DNA of 64,000 nt from Paramecium tetraurelia (GCA_000165425.1 CT868052.1:186001-250000); one strand, 5' to 3'. Numbered from the stretch's first letter, positions 29,117 through 43,193 are shown. Numbers and translations: made by a program. The notes: generated by a model from the letters alone, not told the origin.

Positions 29117-30338
29117 TCAAGCTTTTTGTTTTTACTCTAAATGTCTTTTTTTTTGGGAATCCTTGTCCATAGGTAACTAGAATTTTAGAATAACATATTA
29201 TACCTTTAATAATTCTTTAAGTGCTGCATCATTAAGATCATGAGCAGGTTTGAATTTGGTTTCATCTAATTTGAGTCCAGAAACTTAAAGAGTGCTGTTG
29301 GCTAAGACAGCAACAGTTATTGTGAATTATGCTACAATGCCATTTTGACTGGTTAAAACTGGATATGGGTTTAATAATTCATGTTTAGCACATTCTTAGA
29401 TAGCCATCTTAGCTGTGATTTCATCTTCAAATGCTCTCAATGAGAAGCACAAAGATGGGTATTTGTCATATACTTCTTACATGAATGCTCTTCCATGTTT
29501 AGTCTTTAATTGATATTGTCTATCCAAAGCTCTTTTGTAAACTGTGGTTCTTAATTCAGACTAAAAATAATGAAATGATTAAATACTTCTTTGGTCTTTC
29601 CATCTCCTGTTGTGATATATACATCTAACACAAAAACATCGTTGACTTGAATTTCTTCCTCATCGACTCTTTATTCTTGTGTTTCTCTATTGATTATGAC
29701 TTTGTTTCCATCAATGAAGTGTCTCTTAACCTCATGACTCAAAACACCTTCTAATGGTGTGCATTTGTGATCATCTGCTACTTATTAGATAATTTTAGTC
29801 AAAGCTGTATTAGTGACTCCTGGTTTTATTGATCTGAATAAAGCTTAGACTGATTAATAAGCTGCCAATATGACATCTGCCTTTTAGCCTTCAACTTGAT
29901 CTTCACCTACGACAACTGTGTGTGCTGCAATGGCAATATACCCATCAATATGAACTCCCAATTCACTATGATATTATTATTAATATTTACATTTTGGCTA
30001 CATCACCCTTGACAAGCTTACTGGATTCACTCTTTAATGGAGAATAATGACCGCAAACTTAATTTACAGAAATTGTTGTTGGGAATGCTAAGCCTTTTTC
30101 AATTCCTTTCTTGTTATACACTTTTTGTAATTCTCCATTGATTTCTTAGTCACCAAAGGCACAAATTGAAGCAATATCAGCATCTGGTTATAATTTAGCA
30201 ATCACTTTTTCAAGAACAACTATTTAATAATCAATATAAAATTTTACTATTTGTAATCTTGCCTGCATTTTAATATTTATCTAATACTCCTGGAGTAGCT
30301 ATCGATTCAAGTTTGTCTTACTCTGTTTATTAATCCAT
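29117..30338 (-). CDS. PA2G4: Proliferation-associated 2G4 / EBP1 (M24 fold)
   Basis: VLDKYQNAGKI, KKGIEKGLAFPTTISVNQVCGHYSPL, ELGVHIDGYIA, GVLSHE, RTTVYKR..YQLK, FSLRAF. Confidence 0.92.
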
Positions 30339-30409
30339 AATTAATTTAAATATTTATTTAAATCTTTATACATTTTATAATCACATATATAAATCCATTT
30401 TAGTTAATT

Positions 30410-31700
30410 TATTCATCCTTGCATTCCCAATAGATCCCACATATATTATTCAACCTCAGACCTATTAACTTTAACTTTTATTTTTCCATCCTAAAATATA
30501 CTACTGAAGTGAAAACTATTTATACAATTTCTTAGTATAGTATGTCCCAAACCATAGTCGAAAATTCTAGGAATCAACATTTTCATTAGATTCAATCTTT
30601 CCTCTATAGAAGGATTAGTATTAACCTCAATTAGCCAGAACCTTAGATTTTCATCAATCATGTCCCAATATTTTAAAGCAAACCTTACAGCTTCTTTTAT
30701 CTAGGACAATCATTCTTTCTTATATACTTTTGTTTTTATTTCTTTATTAATTGCCGACTACATATCATACAATAATAGTTTCTGTATTCGATTTAACCAT
30801 ATTTAATTCTAATCTTAAAATTTACTAAATTCTAAGCATTTATTTAAACAGAATTATTCATCCCATTAATGTACCTTTCTTTTTGATTAAATTATAAATT
30901 TTCTATAGAAGTGTTGTTTTACTTATTAGAGCCTCCTTGAAAAAGGTAGCGCATCTCAACAAACACATCTTTATATAAAACCTTTTCACAATTCAACAAA
31001 GGCATGTCAGTAAATTTCCAAATCATTATTTCTTCAGTAAATCATAATAAATCTTCATCCGATCTAATCTCCGAAATATTTAAACTACAATTTCAGTAAA
31101 ATTGAACTTTTTCTCTGTCATATTATAGGAAAGAATTTGATAAATCTATCATTTTTAATATACTTAAGTGCTTTAATATGCTGTGATATATTATGGAACT
31201 CAAAAAGTTATACATCATTAACTCAAAGTGAAATGGTATTTTTTTTCACAATTTTGGCAATACTTTTTCACTTTATATTTTAAAGGAGATTAAAGAATAT
31301 TAAATTTCCATTGATTTGCTATTGTTAAAATAAACTAACTATTTACAATGTGGAATAGAGGGCAAAAAGGTTTTTAAACCTGATTTTAAGTAAAATGAAT
31401 AAAAGGAGATTATTTTTTCTGTTCGTAGCGTATTCATATTAAAAAGCATCATATTCCATCTGCTTAAATATTTTAGCATTTTTTAATACCAAGTTTTAAT
31501 TTGATTATTTTTACTAAATCTTTTCATCTTATGCCTAATTTACTTCATAATCCTTAAGTGTTAAATTGCCCCTTTTTTAAAATTTGCTTTAAATAAAGTT
31601 GATGACATATTCGATTAGTATGTTAATCAATAGTATTATTCAAGTTTCTTCTCTTATTTACAAGTTCTTGATATTTTTATTTGGTCTTATGAAGTGTTTT
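30410..31700 (-). pseudogene. Decayed tubulin-tyrosine-ligase-like (TTLL) gene
   Basis: Retains MIDENLRFWLIEVNTNPSIEE...MLIPR and a frameshifted MYN/FEFH. The FE(I/L)FGxD motif that should precede MIDEN is missing, and there are in-frame TGA codons and frameshifts. Boundaries approximate. Confidence 0.7.
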
Positions 31701-31776
31701 TTAGAATAATTTTGGTATATATTTATAATTATATTTGTAATATTAGATAATTAAATAAATTATATTAAATATATAA

Positions 31777-32401
31777 ATGTACGATTTCACAAGAATGCAA
31801 AAATTAGTTGATAGAATGTAAAAACTCTAACCTCCTAATCCACCTCCTGATAATAGGTTTTTACCTGAAGAGTTAAAGAAAGATAAAATTGTGGAAGATC
31901 CTCAAAAAAATGTAAAATAGGCAAAAAGATAACTCCTAATCAAGAACTATAAGGGTTCTAATGGGTTAAAGCCTATCGAAGATGAAAGGCTCCTTCTTAT
32001 TTAAAAAGAGAATTACCTAAAGAAAAAGTAAAGAGAATTGGAGATGGAGCAAGTCAAATAAGAATTGGCTGAATAAAAAAAATAAGAAAAATTAAAATTA
32101 GAATAAGAAACATAAAGGGCTCTATTAGTTGTCAAAGAAAAAAAAGAGTAAAAATTTAATTCATTGTCTTAGGATAACATAAGTCTAAAAAGAAGAAAAA
32201 ATTAAAAAGCGAAACGATAATGAATTTTATAAGAGAAAGTAAAAGGCAAATAATTCAATTTAAATGTCATCAATAGATGCATCTTATGTATCACAAAACT
32301 TAAATTCCTCATTAATTAAGAAATAAATTTTAGATTATCATACTCTACCAAAAGAACAATACAATCGTATTTATCGTCAACCAGTTAGCCCACCAAAATG
32401 A
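31777..32401 (+). CDS. Hypothetical coiled-coil protein
   Basis: MYDFTRMQKLVDRMQ..., one 25 nt intron near 32148, ends IYRQPVSPPK*. Confidence 0.7.
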
Positions 32402-32815
32402 ATTATAAAATATATTATTCATTAAAATACATGGTAAAACATTATCATCTTTAATTAATTTAATTGATTTCTAAGTGTAAGCGATTTTGCTATTAGCAAT
32501 TATATCTTATCAATCAAATCTCTAAAAATGTTCTAAACTTTCTAGACAAGTTGGTATTGAGTGAAAATAAATCATATCGAGTTTAAGAAAATGCTGTTTT
32601 ATTTTATAATTGGATGATCTAGTTTAAATAGATTTTATTTAAAAATATTATATAATTTGGTCAGAGATAATTAAAAGCGTTAAAAATTATACAAACTTGC
32701 AGAATGATTGTACATATACATTAGATATATGTATAATTTCATGGGGTCGATATTCATAAAAAGATAAGTAAATAGCAATTAGTTCGAATATATTATGTAT
32801 ATTATAGTTTGAATA

Positions 32816-34115
32816 TCAATCAACTTTAAATTTTATATCTAATAGTGTTTCTGTAGATTTGATCTAATTAAATAGGGTTTATGTAATTGTTATCCTGTCG
32901 AGTGAAATGTATAAATTTAATTCTTTATAAGAAGACTCAATCAATTAAAATTTTGGAAAATAAGTAACAGCATCAATTTATCCATGACAATAATGTGAGA
33001 ATAAATAATATTTTTGATTGGTTGAGCAACTCTAACATTTCAGAAATTGACTAACAATTGTCTTTGTTTTGATGCATTTCATATAAATTTTGAAACTTAA
33101 AAGGTTTACTGTTTTCTAAAGAAATAAATATTACGATGATTAAAGTGATTAATTTAATTCACTGATATCAACATATATTTAAGGTTTTTATGATACCTCC
33201 ATGTCAAGAGATTAAGATATTCTTAAAGTAAGGCACAAAAAGGCTTTAAATTCATTTGTAAATTGATAAGCTAGCCAAACCCTTTGGTGATAATTTGCAA
33301 TGAATGTTCCTCCCCCTTATTAGATATTATAATGTACATGTCTCAAGTAGGTAGGATTTGGAAACTTATGTACGCGTAAATCTTTGTCTAAAGTATGAAC
33401 TAACTTCCAGTCCATTGTAAGTTATAAATAACCATCTATTTGGTTTCTAAGTAAGGGTTCCACTATCATAAGTAGTTGTACGGTGGATTTCTTACAAACC
33501 AGAGAATGCTTCTTCAACTCCCAAAATAACTTAATATCCGATTTAGTGTAAATTTACAAACTTTTGATCTACTTTTGTGATGCCAACTGTGACTTTAGTA
33601 GTTGTAATTTCAGTTATCTATATAATTAGATTATTGCTACTGATAATTTGAAATCAATTTCTGCAACGAACCCTATGCTGACGAAAGATATTATGGCAGA
33701 ATTTGCATTTGGATTCAAGTGATCGAATTGTTTATTATCTATATTCACCATGTTAAAGTTATTTATGACTTCGATTCGACTATCATCGATTGCATACCAC
33801 TAGTATTTAAGCTTCCATATGTAAACACTTGATATACATACAATATGTAAATCAAAACCTAAGGTATATACAATTTTTACTATTCAGGTTAATATTTTGT
33901 GTCTCAACTCTAAAATCTCCTCCTTAACCCATATCAAGATATTCAAGACTAATTATAACTTAAGGTATGTTTGCAAATGTTCCAACAAATGAAATAGTTT
34001 TAGTTACTATGTTTCCATTTTAACAATAAGCACTATCTCCAGTATATAATCCAGCATCATAGGTGATCTGTCCGAATAATAAATGAAATAGAGAGAGCGA
34101 AATTAAAAATATCAT
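32816..34115 (-). CDS. Secreted H-type lectin domain protein
   Basis: Signal peptide MIFLISLSLFHLLFG, then ISFVGTFANIPQVIISLEYLD..GFDLHI..KYQWYAIDD (H-lectin-like) and a Cys-containing C-terminus. Confidence 0.7.
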
Positions 34116-35008
34116 ATTTTAAGTTTAATAATAGCCTTCTAAGAAGTTAATTTCGTAATATATTCATAGAGCACACTGTCATTTAGCCTTGGATCCACTC
34201 AGTTCACTTGTTCATGTGTTGCTATTGACTTTCATTTAATTTTATGCTTTTTTAAATTTTATTATATTTTAGAATTTCGTCATGTTTCATTCGAAGGTTA
34301 GTATATTGAATGGATCTTGAGCAATTTTAATTTTAATTTTATTCAAAAAAAAAAATGTTTTGGAACCCTTGTAATTTGCCAAAAAATATTTAATACATTT
34401 TCTTTAACCAAGTTGGACTATGCAGAAGAAAATTTATTAAGCTGATTTAAAAAAGATGAGAAATTTAGTTGGGAAAGTTTAGATCTTTTCAAACTTCATA
34501 AAGAAAAGAAACTTGCTCAATTAATATTTAAAATAATTAAGATTTCAATATGCATTTGTTTGGCATTTTTAATTAATTTATACCTAAAATCCATAATTGG
34601 AGCCTAAAAGTGAATAAAACCAAATATGGAATTATTAAGTTCAAAAAAGAAAAATACGAAGTGCATCTATTGATGGAAGTTATTTCAATTTTAGAAAGCT
34701 TTACTTACTTAGAAATTATGATTAATATTTGAAACTTTAGAGAGAATATATTTATGGATTGCCTCAAATAAATCTCATTTTCAATACTTAGTGGCTGCCA
34801 CCTATTTTAATAAACTTCATTTCTTTCAATAAGAAATGGATAAGGTGTATAAAGGACCTTTAAAAGACATTAATGAGCACCCCCCCACCATAATATTCAT
34901 AATAATTAATACAAAAGATATTGAATAAATCTATTAATTAAAATAAAATTATAAAGTTTAGATATCTTTTAATTTAAATTCATAAGTATAATTAGATATA
35001 AATAACAT

Positions 35009-36818
35009 TCATTTAGCAATTAATGCATCTAATAAATTAGTATGTATTTCAGAAAGAGTCTTTTACATATCATCTTGAAAATGGGGTCTTTTTTAAAAAA
35101 ACCCTTGGAATTGATATTCGTCATATATTCCCAATATGTACCTCTCATCTTCAAGATTTGAAACTTTTTGCAATTTCACTGTTAATTTTCCATTCACATA
35201 TTCTATTACATTTAATTAGATTAATCTATAATTTGGATTTTGGTTTACAATTTTAAGATCAAAATATTTCATAAAATGCATTTAGACTAGTGATACCATG
35301 CACTTAATAAGAAAATAAGAGCCTGAAATTTCCATTAAAGCAGGTAGAATTTGTACGAGGATAACTAAATCACCTACAATCATCTATTATTGAGTTTTAT
35401 TCATTTCTAATTAATTTTCCTTCCAAAATAATACTCTCCTTGACATAAATAAGCCTCTGTCAATACTGGATTAATCGAAAAACTATAAATATGATAGAAA
35501 TTTGAGTTCCGGGATCATAAAATCACTTGTGCAATAGGTTAGTAGACTTGACATTAAATATTTAGTTGAAATAGTAAGTTACATATATGATTAATCAATT
35601 TCTTTTTCTGTTAATGGTTTTTCTGGATTCTATGATAAAGATTATTAATTACAATGAAATCAATTTCCTTAATTTTGCTTAAATAGTTATCGACTTTAGC
35701 CAAGACCATTTTACACCAATCCTTGATTCTTTTTAATGCTACTGGATATGATGTTTTTTAGATTATGGCTTTACATTATGCTTAATGTTTATGTAGTTTT
35801 CTCCAATAGATTTTATTGGGTTAACAGTAGATTTTCCACCTCATAGCCAACCTCACAAAATTGAAAACATTTCTTAATTTAGACTTTTCTTCTTTTTTTA
35901 ATAATTGAAAGTCAATATTATTCTACAAATTAATTTAATTTAGAGAATACTTCAATGAAAAAGCTTTATTTAGTTTTTTGATTCGATCCTTTTGAAACTA
36001 ATGGGATTGAATGCCGACTACTTCTCTTAGAATTAGAAACTTGAGAGGCTGAATTTTAAGTTTTGATTTTAGTTTTTACTTTTGCTTTCCCTATAGAGTT
36101 TGAGTAGGATCGTTTTTCTTCCGAGTTTTAACCGTCTCTTTGAGAATCAGGGTTATAGGGATGCTTATAGGGATTCATTAAATATTGGTATGGATGATAT
36201 TTTTGTTGGGATCCAGAGTGCAGGTATTGTTGATTATAAGGGGAGTAGGCTTATAAAAAGGATTGTTGTGAAATAGGTTGAGGCAATTGCTAATAGATGA
36301 TTTATGGGGGTTATATAATGGGTTGTTGGGACTAGTGGGCTTGTTGGAAGAATGAATATCTTAATGAGGTGATTTCATGCTTTATTTCGTATAATTGCTC
36401 TTATTGGGGAAGCTTTGGCAATTTTAGATGAAGAGTATGGACTTGAGTTTTGAGATGATCAAGTTCTCGCTTTAAAACTTGAGTTCTATCAATCTTGATT
36501 ATCCATTTATAATGTTACTTCTTTTTATTCTTTCAAAAGTCGTTTGAGAGTTTGACTCTATTTATCCAAGGCTTATTACATTTGAGCCACTTCTTCATTT
36601 AATTTTTCTTCAGAGAATGCAATTACCTTTGGAATTTAAAAAGAATTATCCATTTGCTTTAATTATCTTATTCCGCTCTTTTGACTGGGTTGATGACTCA
36701 TGGGGATGTCATAGGTAGGATTTTTAAATTTGTCAAGGAGGTCTAATTAATTTTTGGCTTCCTCATAACCTTGATATTATTTTTAATTAGATTAGGTTCT
36801 TCTTTCCCTAAAGTACAT
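35009..36818 (-). CDS. Hypothetical protein (coiled coil, Q/P/Y-rich linker, globular C-terminus)
   Basis: MYFRERRTQ... through to ...HTNLLDALIAK* in code 6. Confidence 0.65.
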
Positions 36819-36943
36819 TATTAAATTAATTTTAAAGTGTAAAATAAATTTGTTAATAATCTGATCATAGTCTCTAATTCTGAACTATTAAATTAACACT
36901 ACATCAATTGTATTTGATTACAATATTATATTATTTTAATTCA

Positions 36944-38024
36944 ATGTTCGACGATCAACTCAAAGCACTAATTTAGAAAAACAATCTCAAAATTGAATAG
37001 CACCAAACCAAAATGATGATTAGATTTCCTCAGACTCCTCAAGTCCGTGATTCTCAACAATAAGTAAATTAAAATTACATCTTAGTCCCAATTTTTTACC
37101 AAGTCAAACAACAAAAGTAGTAGCATAGACAAGAGCTATTTCAGTTGTGTTCCAACTAGAAAGTCAACCAAACAAAGCTTTTTTGTTCCAAAATCTGTTG
37201 TCACATCATAATACTTGGATTCCTAGGCTTTTTAAGTCTATCAAACTGAGGACATTCAAAATACTCAAATTTAAGACTATGGGCAATAGATCTAACATTC
37301 TTAAATTAATATAAGTGATAATGCAGATAATTCACCAATGAATTCCTCCATTTTAAATTAATTGAGAAGAGAAAAAGAGATCATCTCATAATAACATCAA
37401 TTGCTAATATCCCAAATGTCAAGGGAAATCGAAAACAATAAACGATAATACCAGAAATCCGAATAAACTTTGTAACAGTAAATAATTCAATTATAAAATG
37501 AATTAAATGCGTATAAATAGTATTAAACAAAAAGTCTAGATTTGGAAGCAAGTCTTTAATAAATTATTATTGAAAATAACGAACTCAAATCTAAATTGTA
37601 GGAATAAAACAAATGGCTTTTTGAATTATAAGATTAATTTGAATTGATTCAAACCAAAATGATTGATATCAAATAGAAAATTCAAGATACCAAACATTTC
37701 TCAAATTAACTCTCTTAAATCGCTCAATATTTACTAAACAAACAAACACCTCCTCTTGATTTCTTAGTCTTTATGAATAATCAATCGAAACAATTATAAC
37801 ATGAATAGCAATAAGAAACTGAATTCAGAAACAGAAAATAGCAGATTAAACAACAGCATTTTCAATCTAATCCTTTTCCTATTGCGAAAGAGTCTTTTGC
37901 TTAAATTTATTAATTTTAGATTGAAAACTCTATGATACTCAATTAAATAGTCAAAGATTTGAGAAATAACGTTGATCGCTACTCTTAATAATACATAGCC
38001 GAAGTCGGACTTCATTTGATGTGA
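36944..38024 (+). CDS. Hypothetical coiled-coil protein
   Basis: MFDDQLKALIQKNNLKIEQ..., 22 nt intron near 37064, Q/E-rich heptads, ends EVGLHLM*. Confidence 0.65.
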
Positions 38025-38121
38025 ATTCTTTATATAACTTGCCTTAATATAATAGTATTTGTTATTTTTATAATCATATATTTACTTCTTAAATAAATAA
38101 GATTTTTTACAAAATTCTATT

Positions 38122-39611
38122 TCATTATTCCACAAAAACCAAACTTCTTTGGTAATTTAAATTCTAAAATGCCTATTAAGTATTGGGACCATTTAAACTA
38201 GATAATGAATTCAAAGTGAAGATCTTAATTTATTTGGAGTCAGGCTAAATTTTAGTCAAAATTTAATCTATCATAGTCTCTGATCTTTAATTAATCAATT
38301 AAGCCAGAGTTTTTTCATCTAAAGGTGCTCTACATAGAGGACATATCTAAATGTTAATCAAAATTACTTTGGTCTTCTGTATCCACAAAGTCAAGCATTC
38401 GGAATGGTAAATGTGTTTGCAATAAGTTATTTTCACATCATGTTCTGAAGAGAATGCATCTAAACATATTGAACAATACAAATCTTTTATATTGACCTCC
38501 TCTTAAATTAATTCTGTGACTTATTCAAATTTATGCGTAGGAATATATAAGTTTATAAAGTTTTTCTCTTCATTCTATTATTCTACTTTGATTGGAACCT
38601 AAGTTTCATCTAATTTCCTTTTGTAAAACTTCACACCACAACAAACAAGCAAGAAAAAGATTAACACAAAGACTGGAATAAAGATCATCATCATAATTTT
38701 TGATAAACCATCGCCTTTACCATCGTTTGAAATAATGCTGACATCAAATTCGCTATAGATCTTGAAAATAATGTAACTATTTAATTTGATCTAACTTTCA
38801 TTTTCTAAAGCCTATGTGAGATTTTTGCATTCTTCAATCTTCTCATTGGATATCTCTAGTGTGTTTGTAATAATGAGAGAACCCTCATCAAAAAAAGGCA
38901 TTTCTACATAACATTATTGTCTAATTGGTATGGAATTTGATATGGTTCTCTAAAATGATGTTCCAGTTGAGTACAAGTCTTAATAATATAACGTATTTGG
39001 GGATAGTTTTATTTGATCTTTAATATTGACTCCAACCACACTACAATCATCCCCAAAAGTTCCTTCTTAACATTCACATACCCCATTAGCACACCTACCT
39101 CTATTTTTGCATTCTCTAAGTTAAGATTTTATAATACTTTGCGCAATTATATAATGATGAAATTTTTGAAGAGATATTAAAGGTGGATTAATGTTCTGAG
39201 TAAGCACCAATAAATATATTTGAATTATCCATATAATAAACATTGAAATTTGCTTAAAAAGTCTATGATTTTTCCTTCTTTGTTAAAGAGAGTGTTTGCA
39301 TTTCGACTTTCTAATCATAAGCATTTATGTCAATTTTACAGTTTTCTCTAAAAATAAAAAAATTTAAACTTCTATATTGAATTGTAATCGTTAATCTTAT
39401 CATCCTGGGGCTTATCGTCACAAATTAGTAGAATTGGAAATTCCCCTTCTTAATAAGTAAGAGTAATGGTAACTTTTTATTTGTCAGAAAGTTATTTGTA
39501 AAAAATGCCATTGATGGCAAATAATTGAAGCCCCTTCACATCCATATAATGTTAATCTTAATTTTAACTTAAACTTGTTTTCCATAAGCAAATTAGGATA
39601 AAAGTAAGCAT
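38122..39611 (-). CDS. Type I membrane protein: signal peptide, EGF-like domain, TM, RING-H2
   Basis: MLTFILICLW signal, ECKNRGRCANGVCECQEGTFGDDC, TM IMMIFIPVFVLIFFLLVCC, CSICLDAF..CKHIYHSECL..CPLCR. Confidence 0.85.
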
Positions 39612-40547
39612 GTATTATAAATTTACAATATAATAAAATACTTAGGAAAACTATAAATCCAGTAACAATAAAAATTATCAATATATCTGTTAATAAAGAC
39701 CTTTCATTATTCATAAAATATGGTTGAAAGAAAATAATATATTTAATCAGTCAATTTTGTATATATTCTTTTTCACTATTTTTTTCTATTTGATGGTTTG
39801 ATAATCTTAGGATAAAACATTTGGTTAAAATTAATAAAAATTATGGTGTGAAATTAAAGAAAGGATATTTTTGAAAAAAAAAGTAGTTTTATCTTTGGCT
39901 ACAAATTAGTAATTTTATTTGACAATTTCACAAAGAACTCCAATTACAATAATAATTAATTAGTATGTAATCGATTTTCATATGAATGAGACATATTGAT
40001 ACTCAATATATGCAAAAGTAAATAGAATATGCACTTGAATTCTATATTTAACAAGAAAATATGATTTTATTAGATTTATACCGATGTTCTTTCAGCAGAA
40101 GAGAAGGAGAGCAATCCATTACATAGTTTTAATAAATGTTTAAATAAAATTGAGATGAAAATTATAAATTTAGAATAAAACAAGGAAAAAAAAGTTAATT
40201 AAATTCAATACTTTTCATTCAAAATTTTTAAAAGCAAAAAATCTTTAGATTAATTAAAAAATGGAATGTTGCCTTTTTATTGTATCAGCAATCCTTTATT
40301 GCTTTAAGAATTTACTGGCAATAGAATAACTCATTCTTTTATTGACAAATTTTTTAAATAAGAGATCTGAAAAATTTTGTAGCTTTCTTAAATTAAACAA
40401 TAATTATATTCTTAATAAATATTGAAGAATGATCATTAAATTTAATTGCATAAAGTATTTAAATAATTAAGACCCTCTAAGAAAAATCCTGTTTATTATT
40501 GAAAATATATTAATTAATAATAATAATAAAAATAAAAAAAATTAATC

Positions 40548-41735
40548 ATGGATTAAGAGCAGGATCCATAATCTCAAAATTCTCATATTAAATAATCCTA
40601 AGACACCAATAAGTTTGAATCAAACTAATACGAATTCAATGAATCAATTGAGGATGAGAAATCTGCTCTTAAGTAGCTTTTATAATAACATTCGAATAAA
40701 ATCTAGGAGTATTTTTAAAAAATAAAAGATGATGTGTAAAAAAATACAATTAAAAAATTTGTGGAAAAATAATTAAAAGTATTTTCCCAGGATGTAGAAA
40801 AAATACTTGAGCAATTATTAGAGAGATTAATATCTGAAAAAGAGCTATATATTACACAAATATCATATGAAAAAACCTAAAAAGAATAGGAATTATTGGA
40901 GTTAACATAAAAATATAATGAAGCGAATAATACATTATTGTTAGGATCCTATAATGATAATAATATTTGCTCGAAGATAGTGCAAATAAATAAATTATTG
41001 GAAAAGACTTGCTAGACAACTATCTAAGCTAGTTAATAATTAGATAATTAAAGTCTAGATTAAATGCAATAATAAATTCAGATCATAAGATAAAGCATCA
41101 CAGGAAATACACAAATACAGATAAGTAACTTGCAAGCTTAATTGGATGAAAAAGATAGATAAATATAACAATTACAAAAGTAAAACTAGGATTTACAAAA
41201 TAAACTAAATAATAATAACTCATCAAACATTTTGATGAAAAAGATTGAAGAATTCATATAACAATACTAAAACTAATGTAATTAAGCAGATTTAATCAAT
41301 TAGAAGACTAATTAAATCGTAGAAATTAATAAAGAGTTGAATAGACTCAATACTTTGATTAGTAATGATAATGAAAAATTGAAAAGTCAATTTGAAGAAG
41401 AAAAGAACAAAGCAATTTAGAAATAACTTGAAGGCTGTTTTAAATTATAGGATCGATCTCTGCTATACATATAATTGGGTCTAAAAATATTTTAATAATA
41501 TTATCGTTCTCACATCTAATAAGACTAAAATATTTAAGGCTAAATAGACAGATTGAATAAATTCCATTAAAATTATTAAAAAAAAGAAAATTTCAAATTA
41601 AAGAACTTAGGAGAAGTTGAATAATTCTACATTAAATAAGAATCTGAGCTTAAGGCATTATTCGATGATTCTCTCAAAGAATATAAGAACTTAATAAATG
41701 AAATTACATAGAGAAGAATTCGATTGAATGTATGA
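40548..41735 (+). CDS. Long coiled-coil protein
   Basis: MDQEQDPQSQ..., Q/E/K-rich heptads, TGA at 41733. Confidence 0.7.
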
Positions 41736-41945
41736 GTTTGTCTAATTTAATAATTATAAATAATAAAAGATAAGTAATCAATTTTAGATCATTTTTATTT
41801 AATTTATTATATAATATATGGATTAGGAATCTAGATGGGTTAAATCTATCCATCATAAATGATTTTCATTAAATTAATGAATGAAGAGAAGTAGAAAACC
41901 AATTAGATCGAATATTCTTTATTTTATACATTTTTAAATATAATC

Positions 41946-43193
41946 TCATTATTAGGCATCAGCAGTCTCATGATTATCACCTGGGTTTCTCTATTATCTA
42001 TTCTTGTTATCATAATGATGTCTATTTGATCCTCTGCTTGGTTTCTATTAAGGCTTTTTTGTTCTAGAAATATACAAAATTTCTTAACCTACGTTCAATG
42101 GTGATATATTCTTCATCTGAACTGTTTTGATCTTACTTATCATTATTTTGATCGTGTTCTTGGATTTCCTTCTTTTCTTACCATTCTTCTCTCTAGGGTC
42201 TATCTCTATTGTGGTATTTATTTCCTCTGTATTATTTATTGTTATCTCCATTATTGTTATTTCTTCTGTCATTATGATAATTCTTTTTGTATCCTTTTCT
42301 TTGATCATCATGATGTTGATGGTGTCTATGTCCATCTCTTGGGTGTTAATGATTACCTTTTTAATCATTTTAATGTTCCTCTTTTCCTTCTGGTGCTTGC
42401 TATTATTATGGAACTTCTTATTGAGGGTGAGTTTATTTTCCTTGTTATTCTTATTATTCAGTATGTTAATTTGTAAGCTAATCGATAGGTTAATGGACTT
42501 ATTAACGATTTTCATCTTGGAATATTTTCTTTGGACTGGATTTGATCAAGACGTATTATTCCTATTAAACAGAATGCTCCTTATGAGTTTCAATTGTGTC
42601 TGGTTATGGAGTGGTCTCTTATTGTTACTAGTGGACTTGTTGGGTTGTTTCTTCGTGATGATGATGATGGTGGTGATGGTGATGAGTTTCTGGTTATTAT
42701 TGGTGTTTTAACTAATATTAATTTTAATTAATATAAATACTTTCAAACCCTTCCATTATTGATCCTACTTCTTCTATTGATTATTGACTCTATTTTGAAG
42801 CTATTTAGCCAATTCATATAAAGATTAGTGATCTTAAGAGAGCAGTTCTAGGGTGTCTTAATTCTCGGATAGATGTTCCAAAATGAGGATGAAGGCCTCT
42901 TGGGTGATGATAGAACCACTTTATTCTGCTTCCTTCTTAGCTTACAACCAATTTGAGACTTAGGCTTCTAATTCTTTAATTCTTTCATTATTTTCATCTT
43001 TGTTTTGGATCTTCTAAACTTGTTCAGGTTTCAATTCTTTAGTTTTTTACAATTCTTCTAAATCAGCAATGTCTTTAAGTTTTTTTTGGAGATTTCTATA
43101 TTTTTTGGTGAGGAAGTTGAAATAGAAGTCTTTTTCTTCATTTTTAACTTAATCCCAAATTGTCTTAGTCTTTGATTGTTTTCCACCCTTCAT
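41946..43193 (-). CDS. Caprin-like N-terminal coiled coil with His tract and R/N/G-rich low-complexity tail (putative RNA-binding)
   Basis: FLTKKYRNLQKKLKDIADLE..KELKPEQVQKI resembles the caprin HR1 region. His10 at 42655-42684. NYRGNNYNGDNNKQYRG tail. Confidence 0.65.

Noticed and set aside
32221..32223. Apparent in-frame TGA in gene 31777-32401 (similar cases near 16725 and 14385)
   Set aside because: Resolved by upstream 25 nt GT..AG introns that shift the frame.
34166..34225. SECIS element or telomerase RNA (CUGUCA motif)
   Set aside because: There is no helix II above the AUGA/GA pair, and no CAACCCCAA-type template after CUGUCA.
39720..40540. Long spacer with coding-like patches (also 46450-47100 and 21400-22050)
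   Set aside because: No coherent frame or motif. Possibly old pseudogene debris, but not supportable.
42127..42711. 194 aa highly hydrophobic plus-strand ORF in the track, and the off-frame 42084-42515 minus ORF
   Set aside because: These are antisense or off-frame shadows of the low-complexity tail of the minus-strand gene 41946-43193.
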